A DNA stretch of 63,923 nucleotides, filler included, from Choristocarpus tenellus KU-1152 (taxonomy: Eukaryota > Protista > Phaeophyceae), in assembly GCA_964200185.2 (NCBI GenBank). It is 15 parts of 15 records of this genome, joined end to end, with 100 filler letters (N's around TTAATTAATTAA, not from the genome) between each part and the next. Parts side by side here need not be neighbours in the genome. Positions count along the whole stretch, not along the records: positions 38,966 to 42,260 come from CAXNAD020020973.1; positions 42,361 to 48,656 come from CAXNAD020008456.1; positions 48,757 to 52,102 come from CAXNAD020020663.1; 12 more parts are not named here. The stretch is one strand, 5' to 3'. Under the pieces are notes generated by a model that saw nothing but the letters and a program-made list of their open reading frames with translations, did not search any database and had not been told where the DNA came from. The stretch's first letter is position 1. Each line of letters begins with the position of its first letter. Below, piece after piece: positions 39,010 to 52,102 of this stretch. The position numbers and the translations under genes were made by a program.

Positions 39010-42000
39010 GGGGGGGGGGGGGGGTGTGGGGGGGGGGGGAAAGAGCGGCATCAGGGTGGCCATTCAGCAGCACTGGCCCAATGGTACCAATGACGGGTAG
39101 TGGCATGGGAGGGGGATGTGGAAATGGGGTTGTACATTCACTGTCCATGGTCACTGCTTATGATCACATGCCTGTTCTGCAAGGAGGTAGACAGACAGAT
39201 TTTGTAGGGGCTTGGGGTGCAGGTGGGGCTGCATAATATGGCCTAACAGTGAGAAGAGTCTGTGGGGTGAGGGAGAATCAACTGGTTAGATGTACACTTC
39301 TAATATATTTTTCGGGAAGTAGTTGAACTGTCTTTGTTCACAATATATATATATATATTTGTTACTACATTTTTCTGTGTGTGTCTGTACGACACAGGTA
39401 ACACACATAATCTCTATCTTGCCTTGTCTTGCTTTTTCTGTAGAACAGAGTAGGGATGGAGGGTGGGGACAGAGAGTGGGATGATATAGTGAAAGAAAGA
39501 ACATAGAAAAGCCAAATACAATGAGTTCCATGTGTGGTTCTTCTGGAAGTCCCTTGAGCTTATGTAGTTACATAGTTTCACCCGTGTGTGTTAGCATAGA
39601 TGAGATTGATTGGAGAGGGTAATTATCATAATATGTTATGCTGGAGGAGGGAGGGTTATTTCCTTCAGCTCCATTTATTTATGTCTCCTTCCCTTTTCCA
39701 CCCCTAGCTTATTGCCAGCCTTGCATGAAGATGTTGACAATGGGGATGGAATTACGTTCAAATCCATGAGGACCTAAGCAGGTCTGGGTGTGTTTTGTTG
39801 ATCCCCTCTCTTTTTTGCAGAACGTATTAGTTAATAATGTTATTTTCCTTGGTAGATTGTATGTGAGTCATTGTGTAAGTAAGATGAATGCAGGGTGGTA
39901 TGATTGGCACGGTACAACTGTAGGGAGCTAGCTAGCCAGAAATGCACAATTGATGCACTATTGGTGTTATGCAGATCAGTTATGCTGCTATTAGACCGTG
40001 CTCTATTTCCCCTTCCCCCAGTCCCTCCTCCTAATGTTGCTGCATGTTGCGTGTGGTGAATGACCCGACGTCTACGCAAAAGCAAGGGAGAAAAGGGCGT
40101 GCATTTAGTTCAATACGGAGTAAAAACGATAGAATGACGTTTTGGGGTTGATGTTTCGTCTTGAAATAACCATCTATTATACAGTATTGTAGCAACACTA
40201 GCATACTTGTTGAAGAGACAGCCTATGTATTGCTCAACTTTGGATCACTTGTCATTACTTTTTGTTATCATTCTTTATATTAAGATAGTTCGAGGCAACA
40301 CAGGTGTAATAATACATAGTAATTTATACTTGAAAGTACAACAACATCAGTCACTCTGCCACACGAAAGGGTTACGTGTATTCTCAAACTAAATGTATCT
40401 AGTCCACGCGCATGCAAACAATATAGTTTTCAATGCCCGCCACCTCATGGTCATATTGGGCAGAGTGCCCTCTCTTGCTGGTTACAAAGGGACAAGCGTA
40501 ATATCAAATTTCCCACTGCGTTTTTCAAATTGAATTACCAAAAGACGAAGAATACGAGGATCACTTCTATAGCTGCTTCGTCTTGGTATTGGGGCAAAGT
40601 ATGCACTCTAGTGCTAGTTAGTGATCTTCATTTGCAACGTGTTCTGGAAGGTTGATAAACAAAACGTACTTCCCGATTTGTCGGAATTCTAGACTGGACT
40701 TTGACTATTCATAATTGTAGAAACTTACTGGTCAGAACCTTAGTCAGGCAGGATTGTATGTGGATGGCAGAGTTGTGTGCCGTCTTACTGTTCATTGCCA
40801 CAGTGCTTGTTGTCATCCAGTTTGGACCACCAGTTTAAATATATTATTATTATTATGCCCTCTGACATTTTGTAGATGTATCAGGGGAAGAGTCGATTTA
40901 TTATTTTAAGATCGCCGTAAAAGCAACAGTTGTCGTAAATGTGAGAGATATCTATCTATAGTCTATTTCCTATCAGTTCACCATACTATACTATACTATC
41001 TTCGTGTTATACAGAGGGGGTACATTTTTTAAGGCATGTCAGTCAATCATACATGCGATGTCGGATTGGCACAAATGACGTTCTCCATCTTGTGCGGTAT
41101 GGCATGTTTTGGGTACTATTTGTGTAGATATTCCTTGACTTGGATAGTCACGCCATGCCAACGGTGGTGAGAGCCCGGTTTGTGGTCATAGACACCCAGG
41201 CAGTGTCCTTCCCGTGTGCCTTTGCACACTTTGGCCATGCTGTGTGCAGCGAAAGGTCATTGTCTCATTCCTGCCATCTCACCTGGACTACAACACTCCA
41301 CAGAGGGCATAAATAATGTCGGTGTGGACACTATCTTCTTAATGGAATTTGTGTTACCATAGATTTGGGTGGGACGATGAGATGAAGAGATTGTTCCCTT
41401 TGATTGTCATCATACACCCTAGGAGGAGAAAAGTCGCAAGGGCACCAGTGATGATGAGACTGTCGTTATTTCAGGGACTTCTTCTACTCAAAAACTGAAA
41501 ACAACTTTCTTCTCGCTGATAAGCTACAACTGTGTGGATCCAGGTCGACTTTGGGGAAAGTGTCACCAACAAGGTTAGGAGTAGTGCCTTGTCGGGAACG
41601 GTAAAGTGCAAGGGGAAGCAGAAAGACACACCAACAAATAGAACATACTATCTTTTGCCCAGAAAGGTCAAAGTACTGGACTTGCAAGGCGGAAACAACA
41701 TGAACCAAGTCAAGTATAGCAGAATGATACAGTGTTAACGTGAGGACCATTACAGGATTTGAAGCCAGCAACAAAGAGCTCCAGGAGCAACTTATTGCAA
41801 GTAGTAGAAAGAGTGATGAGAAGACGGCTAGGAAACCACGGCATCTAGAGGCAAGGTTTTATATCTGCTATGTGGGTCGTGGTACTTCTATCTGCACTAC
41901 AACAGTGTGTCTACGGTGCAACTGCTGTTCAACTGAGGAGGATGTAGTTGAGGCCTTGGCACAGGACGAAAGGAACGAGCTACTGGAGGTAGTTTGTGTT

Positions 42001-42145
42001 ACAAGTGCACTGCTAGTAAGTTGTGGAGGAAAGAGGGTGAATTATCAGAAGACGAGATCAAGACACAAGGTAGACTTGGTGATTGTGGTGGAGGGGCAAG
42101 TTTCCTCCACTGCCTGTCCCTTTGTTTACAGTGCTACTATATTTT

Positions 42146-42260
42146 GAGTGAAAGTATCTTAGAGGGTACGAGTTTTGAGGGTACGAGTTTTGCCCTGTTT
42201 GTCCATTTGGGTCTTGGGTCAAAGTATCTGGGGGAGGGGGTGCCGGCGTCCGTTTTTCAC
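42146..42260. mobile_element. MITE A left end with a short internal duplication, interrupted by a MITE B terminus
   Basis: GAGTGAAAGTATCTTA(GAGGGTACGAGTTTT)x2 ... |GGGTCAAAGTATCTGGGG. Confidence 0.8.
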
Positions 42261-42360
42261 NNNNNNNNNNNNNNNNNNNNNNNNNNNNNNNNNNNNNNNN
42301 NNNNTTAATTAATTAANNNNNNNNNNNNNNNNNNNNNNNNNNNNNNNNNNNNNNNNNNNN

Positions 42361-43447
42361 CCCGTTTCGACTCCTTCCGGACACAACTAGCCGGCCTACC
42401 AAGTGAAGTACAACAGAGGAAGGCTCCTCATTAGCCCTAGCACGCCATCGGAGCCAGTGTGGACAAGGGGCAAGGGCATGGCCTCAACGCAACCCCTGGA
42501 GCCAGCATACCAGATCCCTTTCTTATAGAAATCAAGCTTACAGCCAGCAGGTTCCTAGGGAGGGAAGATGCCCAATCAAACAGGTGCCCAGTGGCGGGGT
42601 ACTGGAGGCCAAATGTCGATACCAGACATGCCCGAACCTACCCCAGGGCAGGAGGCCAGGTATTACAATACACCCCTATGGCGAAGCGTCTCAGTCAACT
42701 ACTGCAAGGGAATGGGCATCCCTTGCACTACGGAGAACGGCAGCCCATTCATGGTAGACAGGAATCTCTGCATGGATCTAGTTTTTCATGCAGGGACACT
42801 TGCGAACGCTGGAACAGCTCCCTAACGGGACAAAGGCCTTCTGCTAGATGTTGCATTTGGAGAAGTGCAGGCAACTTTTTTTTTCATCCTACACATTCAT
42901 CCACCAGCAATGGTGTAGCTGCTGTTGCAGCTAAGGTGCAAAAGCGCACCCACTATGAGGGCTCTTTTGATCCTCGTAGTCATAACCTCAACACCTTCGC
43001 GGTGGAAAGTTTTGGGCACCTCGGCAAGCAAGCGGAATGTGTCCTGGATGAGCTGGCTACACACATGGTGGAGGGGAGAGGGACTGGAGGATATAGCAGG
43101 AAAGAAGCGGTTAAATCCCGACTACGCCAAATTGTCTCGGTAACTACGCAGGTGGCGATGTCTAAAGGTGTCACGCTTTTAAGCTGGAGTTACTAGGGAG
43201 ATGGGCACGGAGGGGTTTGTTGGATTCTTGGGATGCCTCCCTAGCTCATCACCCTGAGCCACAGGAATAGGTAGATTGGAGGCGCAGGAAGGCAGTGTTA
43301 CAACACAGACAGTAGCGAAATAACAAATAGATTAGTGGTTCTCACATTTGTGACTTATTTTACTTATTTAGGGTTTATACTGGCATGTGAATAGCTTTCA
43401 TTGGTTTCCCCCCCGACACATCTGCAAAATGTCAGAGGGCATAGTAA
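42361..43447 (+). mobile_element. CRE-like RLE retrotransposon 3' part
   Basis: RCPVAGY...RHART knuckle, MDLV...LLDV...KRTHY...FAVESFGHLG, 3'UTR ending AATGTCAGAGGGCATAGTAA. Confidence 0.85.
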
Positions 43448-43469
43448 TCTATATATTAGTATACTACTT

Positions 43470-44808
43470 ATTTTATTATTTTGTCCTCTTACATTTTGCA
43501 GATTTCCAAAGGATAAATAAACTAATGAAAACTATTCACATGTGTAAAAAATCCCTAAGTAACAGGTGTCACAAAAAGCGAAAAATGTTTATCTGTTTCC
43601 TATATTACTACTATGTCGTACGACTGCCTCCCTGTGTCTCAAACCTATTCCTGCACCCCAGAGCGAGGAGCTAGGGAAGCATCCCAAGAATCTAACAAGC
43701 CCCTCCTTGCCCATCTCCCTGGTGACTCCAGCTTAAAACGCGTGACCCGTCCAGATAGGGCTACTTGTGTTGTGACTGAGACTATCTGGTGTAGGCGGGA
43801 TTTGACGGCACCTTTTCTACTGTAGCCTCCAGTTCCTCTCCCCCCTACCACGTGTGTAGCTAGCTCATCCAGGAAACATTCCGCTTGCTTGCTGAGGCTC
43901 CCAAACGTTCCACCGCGAAGGTGTTGAGGTTATAACTACGAGGACCAATAGAGCCCTCGTAGTGGGTGCGCTTTTGCGCCTCAGCTGCAGCAGCAGCTAC
44001 ACCATTGCTGGTGTATGAGTGTGGGAGGTGGGAGGTTGCCTGCACTTCCGGGAACGTAACATCTAGCAGGAGACTTTTGTCACCGTAGGGGGCTGATCCT
44101 GTGTCCACAAGTGCCCCTGCATAGAACAGTTATTGATCTTATTAAGATCAAGGTAGTTAACATTTGAATTAATCTTTTGTTACCTTGTTTAAATTTTTTG
44201 CTAATTTTCTACGTACTATTTTTTTTCTTAAGATCGAAGACAAATTAGTTAATTTATTTTCGTATTTCTAACATGATTTTGTTTATTTTGTTCCAAGACT
44301 AGATCCATGCGGAGATTCCTGTCAACAGTGAAGGGGCTACCACCCTCCGTAGTGCAAGGGATGCCCATCCCCTTGCATAGTTGGCTGAGACGTTTCGCCA
44401 TAGATAGGGGTGTATTGTCATACCTGGCCTCCTGCACCCAGTCACTGGGCACCTGTTTGACAGGGCCTCCTCCCTCCCTAGGAATCTGCTGGCGGCGAGT
44501 TTGAACTCTGCGGGGGGGATCTGGCATGTCGGCTCCAGGGGTTGTGTTGAGACCTGTGCATTTGGTCCCTGTCCACACTGGATCCGGTGGTGTGCTAGGG
44601 CTAGTGATGAATTTTCCTTCCCCTGTTGTACTTCCTTTGGAAGGCTGGCTAGTTGTGTCCGGAAGGAATCAAAACGGATGTTGTTCAGGAGGCGAGTGAT
44701 CTCGTGTTGAGTCCTCCTTGTGATCCTAGCGTCATGAGCTGCCAGAATGTAAACTTCCAGGGTAGGTGTGGGGGATGTTGTTTCCCCCCAGGTTACCCAG
44801 TCTTGGCC
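43470..44808 (-). mobile_element. Second CRE-like copy, tail-to-tail with the previous one, carrying a 171-bp AT-rich insert
   Basis: Collinear with 15617-16810: RCPVTGC, RMDLV, LLDVT, KRTHY. Confidence 0.85.
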
Positions 44809-45643
44809 ATTTATTATTATGCCCTCTTTACATTTTGCAGATTGGTGTGTTAGGGGAAGGAAAATACGAAAATCTAGGATACAGTAACTCTTTATACAAG
44901 AGAGTTCACTTTCAAAAGACTTTCTAAAAAGGAACAGAATTATACGCAAGGTCAAAGATTGTTCCCTATGAACCAATGTTCGTGGTACTTCTATGGCGCC
45001 AGCCTAGCACTAAGAAGGTGGGCGAGGAGAGAGAGAGAGCAGAATCCCAACACTCTGGGTGATTGTGTTGGCCAAGTGCGTACCTATGCATAGCTAGGGT
45101 GGTGAACTTGTGTATTTTGGATGTTAGATTGTGTGTTGTTTTGGGTTTGCTCCACTGACAGTCATGTACACTGTTCCCTCACAGGGCAATTTTGAGGAGG
45201 CCAGTCCATTATTTCACAGGTCTCTTGCAATAAGCGAGGTGCTTGGTTCAAAAACGGGCGCAGGTGCCCCCCCCCAGATATTTTGACCCTTGGATCCCCC
45301 TGCGTGCCCACTGGCAAGGTGTCTCCAGCTTGAAACTCATCGCCCATCTTAAATAGCAACCTGTGCAGCTAGAGATACTATTTGTGTCAAGGGGCTTAAT
45401 GCTTTGATGGTGTGATGATATGTGATCAAATTAATAATAAGAAAACAGAAAGGAGTAATAACTCGCAAATATGGGAGTGTCTACATTTCTAACCAAGGTA
45501 TATACAACACAAAAACTACTTAACTCCAAGACTTTGCCTAAATCTTATGGTAATATACCTGACTCAGACCATGAAAAATAGTTGAGTTGCCTGTCCCTTT
45601 TCCTATGAAAGCAACGTGTAGTAGTGAGGAAAGGGGTGAGATA

Positions 45644-45677
<34 letters not shown>

Positions 45678-46014
45678 TCCGTCATGGACAATGATATTAG
45701 TAACTATTGTGAATGAAAATTGAACGTACCCCCCATCATGGACCTGTGCGAGGTATTGGAAATTTGATAGGTATACTTTTTTTAATGTTCGGGAGTTGGA
45801 AATATTTTGTTAGCGGTTATGCATGTTACCATTTACTAAAATACTACTTACTAGTCATGGTGTATGTTCAACCACGTTTAGAAAGACTATTCCGCGCGCT
45901 TGCGCGCCGAGTTGAGTTTTTTGTGAAATGAACATGAAAACAAACTTTTCAATCAAAGTGAATCGAGACTTCGGTTGCACCTGGAAAGGGTGGCACTGAC
46001 TGCACGGGTCACCC

Positions 46015-48427
46015 ATGACCTTGCGAACTCTAGGATTGCTTCTTGCGGTTTGCTCCTCCAGCGCCTTCCTCCCAAGGTGCGGTATCTGGCACCGAAAGAT
46101 CCAATTGAACCTACAAACTTCTTGACCTCAAATCTTGGGTTGATGTTTCATGATTACCAACAACCTCCTTTTTTGATCTTATGCAGCACCAAGGTCTACA
46201 CATGTGTGCCCAGAAGCCGAATACACAGATGGACTGAAATCAGACTAGCCCAAAGGGTTTCTTCTGTGGTTCAATCCAAGGCTGATAGTCCAGATGATGC
46301 TAACGGCTTGGTGGTTGGAAATGACAGTACAAGAGGAAGCATCCCAGTCTCGAAGGTTGGAAACGATACTTCAAAAGGGATCAAACCTGTATCTACTGGT
46401 GTAAATATTCCGGAGGTTGGTGTAGCAGGGATTTCCACGACAGCTGCAGAAGAGTATATGGTGACCAGAGAACCCAGTAAGGGATCAAGTAGGTCGAAGG
46501 GCAGTGACCGACCCCCCGAGAGTAGTGCAGCTGAAAAAGTGATATCACTCTTCAGTCTAGGTCTCGTCGAAAAGGAAGAAATCCCAGAGTATTTCGAAGC
46601 GATTGCCAGCTTTGAGAAGGAAAAAATTGCTTCTGTAACAGAGAGTCCTACCTCTGGCACAGAAGTTGAGAAGCCTAGTACACCTGGATCCGTCCCTGCG
46701 TGGAACCTTGTGGATTACTGGACATTTCCAGTATTGTGTGCGCTTCTTGGCGGGGCTGCTACGCACTCCATCCACCTATCCGCTGAACTGGATGCGGTGG
46801 CCTCAACTGCTGGGATTGCGTCTGGCTTGATACTGGGCGGTTTTTTAGTTACTAGTGATGACAAACTCGGTGGCGTCGCCCGTAACGTAAGCAAGCCTGC
46901 TGCCAGCGCATTTGCAACAGCTGTGGTGTGGGCAAGCTCGATCGTAAGAACATCAGCCACATCCGCCATAAGTACTGCTGCTGAGGCTGCAGGGGATACG
47001 TTTGTAAAGACTCCCTCTAGGGTGGTGACCACGGCGGTGAGGTCTGCCGGAGATGGTATATCCGATGCTGGAGCGCGTGCTGCGAGAATTCCCTCAGTTT
47101 TATTGCAACAATTGTTCAAAGCGATTGGAGATGGACTGAAGGGCGTGGTGGTCAACGCGGCAACAACGGTAAAAGACACAGCCATGGCTCCTGTCAAAGG
47201 TGTGGAAGCTGCTGGCCAACAGGTTTTGGAACTCCCTTCGACAGTGGTTGCATCTATCCGCTCCAGTCCTGAGGAAGCCGTGAAGCTGGCTCGTAGTGCG
47301 CTTGAGATGACAAAGGGAAAAACCACTAATTTGGAAACTGCAGCAAGGGCTGAGGGTTCAAACGAAGCCTCTGGCCCCAGCATAAAAAGTCAGGTGTGCA
47401 GTCATGGGTATCGGATTGGTAGATATTTGTAAATTTCCCATTTTTCTTGCTGGTATATAATCCTCAAGTTTGTTGATCAAGGCTGGGTTATAAGTGTTTT
47501 GCCACGGCTCACCTGTGGTACTAGTGCGGTTCCATTCCTCAAGTAATGGACAATTTCTAAACATGGCATGACCATACACTTTTGGGAAGCACTTGACACC
47601 CCAAATTGCTACACTGTGTACAATGTCCTCCTCCAAGGTAAAAAAACAGGTGATGCCAGGCACAGTTAGCCAAGTCGAGAAAGGAGGAGTGAGGTTAAGC
47701 CCAGCTGAGGCTGGAAATAAGGATGACTTCAAAGGAGACGAACCTGTGGATCCAAAGGAGTTGGAGGAGAAAATGACATCTGTCCGTGTTGCTCTGACTC
47801 GTTTTGACGAACTCAAGGTACAGAGAATTTGAGTTGAAGCTTAGGGCACAAGGTGAAGGGCAAGATGGAGGCCAACCATGATGTTAACCTTTCTTGGTCT
47901 TTTGAGCTATTGTCCGAGTTGTGAAGAACGTATCGCACTATGATTCCTGCGAATTGTGTGACATGAAACAGGACCGGCTCAGGGCAAAGCAAACTTCTGG
48001 TGAACTCCTGGAAGCTATCCGTGCCTCAAGGAACTTGAGGGTGAAGACAGTAACGCCTGAAGAACAGCAACTCCAGGATGAGCCTACCCTCTCACCAGCA
48101 TCGCCTGTTTCCGGCACACCAACTGTTGGTGCAAGAGTTGAAGAGCAGGCAGGAGACACTGACTTGAGGTGCGGTGTTAAAGAACATCTGGGTCTGTTAA
48201 AACCTACGTTGCGTTTGGCATTGAAACAGAAAATCTAGTCCCGCTGCAGAAATTTCCTGTTCCAGAAACACTCCCTTCCCCAAAAACAACGCAGGCTTTC
48301 TGTGACGGATGCTGAAAGGAGGAAGAATGCAGCAAATGAACTGCTGCAGAAGGTCATGTCGAAATCCTCGCCGGGTGCGCCAAGTCCAGAAGTGGAGGGG
48401 GTTAGGAAGGAAGGTCCCCCTCTGTGA
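46015..48427 (+). CDS. Complete gene for a putative plastid-targeted membrane protein of unknown function; exons 46015-46076, 46187-47393, ~47650-47817, 47972-48168 and 48250-48427
   Basis: Exon 1 MTLRTLGLLLAVCSSSAFLP is a signal peptide with an ASAFAP-like motif. Two hydrophobic segments, an Ala/Thr/Val-rich helical region and a coiled-coil tail follow. All introns GT-AG and in phase. Confidence 0.75.
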
Positions 48428-48547
48428 AAAGGTTGGTTAGGCACTGATCAGGGTGTTACCTCTGCCCAGTATGATACTGCCGTGGAATTTTTGTTTACAG
48501 GAGTGGTATGTAGAGATTTTGGTTTGGCTTGACTCGACATTGTATGC

Positions 48548-48583
<36 letters not shown>

Positions 48584-48769
48584 CCTTTCATGAGGAGGTG
48601 GTTGTGGTGTGGTGGGGGGGGGGGGGGGGGGGGGGGGAGAGCTCGCACGACCCCCCNNNNNNNNNNNNNNNNNNNNNNNNNNNNNNNNNNNNNNNNNNNN
48701 TTAATTAATTAANNNNNNNNNNNNNNNNNNNNNNNNNNNNNNNNNNNNNNNNNNNNGATAGAGGGGGGG

Positions 48770-48926
48770 GGGGGGGTCTACACCAGGGTGTCCATTTGGG
48801 CCAGAATCAGGAAAAGTGCATTGACATCATCCATCCGACGTATGCAACCAAATCACCCCAAAATCGTGACATAGAAAAATTGACCCCCAATGGACAGCCG
48901 CCACCCCCCCCCAGATACTTCGAGCC
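48770..48926. mobile_element. MITE family B at contig start
   Basis: Matches 6325-6509 in reverse and ends Cn-AGATACTTCGAGCC. Confidence 0.8.
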
Positions 48927-50960
48927 TCAGCACAACTTCACAAAGGCAAACAACCAGTAAACACACACATACACACACCATTGAGTGCACAATGTAGCAT
49001 ATATACCTAGAGTACAAACGAGCTCCAGTTCCTCAGGGGGAATGCTGATGTGATGGGTATGGCTAGCCTTGCCATCCAATGATACAGCTGCCTTCAGACT
49101 TTCTTTTCTCTAGGGAGGGACAAATAGGCGGACCCACCAAGCAAACAAAAAATTGGAAGGCGGTATCGATAAAATGACTTCGTATCATGTCAGCACCATG
49201 CCATGCATTAGGAGGAGGTGGAAAGAAATTTATATAGATATAGATATAACTGCAAAGCAATTTTTTTTTGTGATACCCCGGAGTATATCACACCAGGACG
49301 GAAGGGGTGGGGAAGGTTGCAGAGGGAGTAAATGCATTGTATTGGCTCAGTGTGATAGTGAGGCTATTTTATTGGTGTTTGTGTTGCTTTTCGGGACATT
49401 TAGCCTACCCCGTCTGACCTTACTTCCACTGGGTATGTACTGCTAATAACTTGGCATGACTCTATCGATCCAGCCTCCTCCTTCGTCCCCTAGAACAGAT
49501 ATATCTACTCATTAACCTCCTTGTATCCATCTGAACAGTGTGAGGCTTAAGCTCTATTTATGTCTATCCGATAGAGTCTTGCTTCAAACTATAGCATGCA
49601 AGGGGGACCTTTGTTAGGGGCATTATTAGGGGTGCAAGATGGAGACAGATCTGAAAAAGAATATTGGTTCAAGGCTCATCCTAACCCCAACCCAGTAATG
49701 GAATACGACTCGTACAAACAAAATGTCTTTGTCCAACCCGTGCTCACCCCTTTTCCTGTTGAGGTTATGAGGTCCTCAAGGTTGCCAAGCATACGACTGA
49801 AGTCATCACGACCTGGTTGGGGTAGGTTGTAGGCATGGTGGCGGCGATGGGTCAACAGAAGTGGAGGCAGTGAGGGTGGAGTTGAGGCTGAGGAGAGAGG
49901 GGTGTCATCAAGGTGAAAGTGGAGATATGAGGCAGTGGAAAACATTGGATCAGAATTGCAGGAACTGAAAGCTGTACTAGGTTATCGCAGGGATATGAGG
50001 ATATGCTGCAGAGAAGCAAATTTCAGTGATACGCAACTTTATGTGCTTGAACACCTGCAGACTTGGAAAGGTGCTGCTATATTTCTTGGTGGTTGCAATG
50101 CTTATACCTATGTCCAGGTTGTGTGAAGTACTTGAAATCACTGACCCCAACCTGAACCCAGATGTAAGACAAACTTTCATTTCTGTAGGGAATAGTGGTG
50201 CACTGAACCTCCGGATTTGATCAAAGTGCCGTGGTATAGCTTTGTGGTCAACCCTATACTAGTACAGATGTGGATATTAATGTAGATTATCTTTGCTCAT
50301 AACATGCAAGAATGTGTGCAAGGGCAGAGGAGCAGGGTGATGGAGGAGAACTGGGGGCATGATTGTCATGCCTTCTTGAATACTGACAGGGAATGACATG
50401 GATCTCCGAATGTGGGTTGTTGGATCATGACCAAACTTTTAAGAGTTAGGCTCTCTTTTGTCCTCTAGGATACCTAGAATTTTTCTTGTCATTCTCACTT
50501 TTGGTTGTTTCTCTTAATGCTGCCTCAGCCAGGTATTATGACTATAGGATTATACTCAAGTCAGCACTAATTTCTGTTTGAAGTGTCAGCTCATTCCCTA
50601 GGGAACTAACTAGGTATATTTCAATTAGAAACAATTCAAGGGACAGTACCTAGATTGTACACATGTGCCCTGCCTTTGATTGACACATGGAAACACTACG
50701 GCAAACCACTTTCCTTTATGCTTACCATCTCAATAAAAAACCATCAAAACGTTTTGATTCATTCCGCCAGTGGTGTCCGCAGGAGGAGTTGCGGATTCGG
50801 AAGCGTGAAGATTCAGATATTGATTGCACTACACTATCTTTTTGTAAAAAAAAAGAACGATGCTTGATTGATCTACTGCGAGAGATACTGCAAGAGCTGG
50901 GCGATCTAAAGTACAACAAACAGACACGACGAATAAGAACACTATAGTACAACAAAATAT

Positions 50961-51220
50961 GGGTGAAAGTATCATAGAGGGCACGAGTTTTGCCCTGTTT
51001 GTCACTTTGGTGCTTGGCTCCTCATGGGGTCTCTTTATGACATTTTCCGATTCCAAAATGTTTTGGAGTAGGTAAAATGTGTACGTTATGAAAAGGTGTG
51101 TCTGGAACAAGGATATTGACACTTCCTAACGAACGCGATCGGTAAAATTTCATCAAAATCACAACTTTGGATTTTGACCCCCAAATGGACAGCGCTCTAC
51201 CCTCTAGGATACTTTGACTC
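50961..51220. mobile_element. MITE family A, full length, 4-bp TSD ATAT
   Basis: ATAT|GGGTGAAAGTATC ... GATACTTTGACTC|ATAT. Confidence 0.9.
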
Positions 51221-51274
51221 ATATAGGTAACAAAATATAATGGAGGCTTAGGTGTAATTTGAGGTCTCACTTAC

Positions 51275-51375
51275 CGAGCGTGAGACAGGAGGTACCGTCC
51301 TCGCTGGAAGACAGGCAAGTGGCAGCCCTTGTGTCTGCGGAGAGAAGCGCGCGCTCCCCAAAGAATTTTCCTGGC
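51275..51375 (-). CDS. Exon encoding a cyclic-nucleotide-binding phosphate cassette (PKG/PKA-regulatory type)
   Basis: CAG acceptor, PGKFFGERALLSADTRAATCLSSSEDGTSCLTL, GTAAGT donor. Matches FGExALL...RxAT. Confidence 0.8.
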
Positions 51376-52021
51376 CTGGAGAGATAGCATGCACAAGCAG
51401 CAACTACAGTTAGGAAACAGAAAAATAAAAACAGAAGGAAAAACGTTTTGAGAGGATTGTGGAGTTCGATACAGGGAGGGAGTTGACACCTTTCAGAACA
51501 CGAGAGTAGTTGAGTAGGCCCAACAATCGGTCTTTGGATTGGCACTAGTTTTTTTCTAGGTACTTTAAAGCACTACTTCATTTTCGCTCGTGTGATCGAT
51601 AGTCACGTTCACTAAGAATTTCAAGAACAAATTTTCGGAGGTGTTATTAGCAATGGGGATGGTCATACACTCGATAAAAAAAAAATTACCGAAATTATAA
51701 TTGTAATGGGGTGAAGTCATAATTGTAGACGTAGGTGTCAATTTGTCGTTATAAGTCATGTTTGCCAATCAGACTGTATCAACTACCATATGGAAGTTGT
51801 GTCCATTTTGATCCAGGTTAGTTTTGTGCTTGACGGATTGCTGGCATTGACATATTCAACAGGGCCTATTCTTCTTGAGGAACCAGAGAGTGATCCCTCC
51901 CCCCTACTCCAACTCACTCTGATTCGTCCTGTAGGAGGATATCATTTTCAGCAATTGTATACATCGTGTTCGGTAGTATTTTATTTTATTTTACATGAAA
52001 ATTTAACATACCGTCACCATT

Positions 52022-52102
52022 GGTCTCAAAGTATCTGGGAGGGGGTAGCGGCTGTCCAATTGGGGTCAATTTTTTCGTGTCACGATTTTTGGGTGATTTG
52101 GT
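52022..52102. mobile_element. MITE family B, partial at contig end; another terminus at 52203-52224
   Basis: GGTCTCAAAGTATCTGGGAGGGG...GTCCAATTGGGG. Confidence 0.75.

Noticed and set aside
39024-39236. Possible terminal exons of unknown genes (also 58554-58778)
   Set aside because: No recognisable motif, and their 5' ends run into poly-G/poly-C contig-end sequence.
41000-42140. Possible piggyBac-like remnant (DYN...GVD, Cys-rich tail); possible hAT remnant at 49600-50220
   Set aside because: Motif similarity is too weak and frameshifted to support a call without a search.
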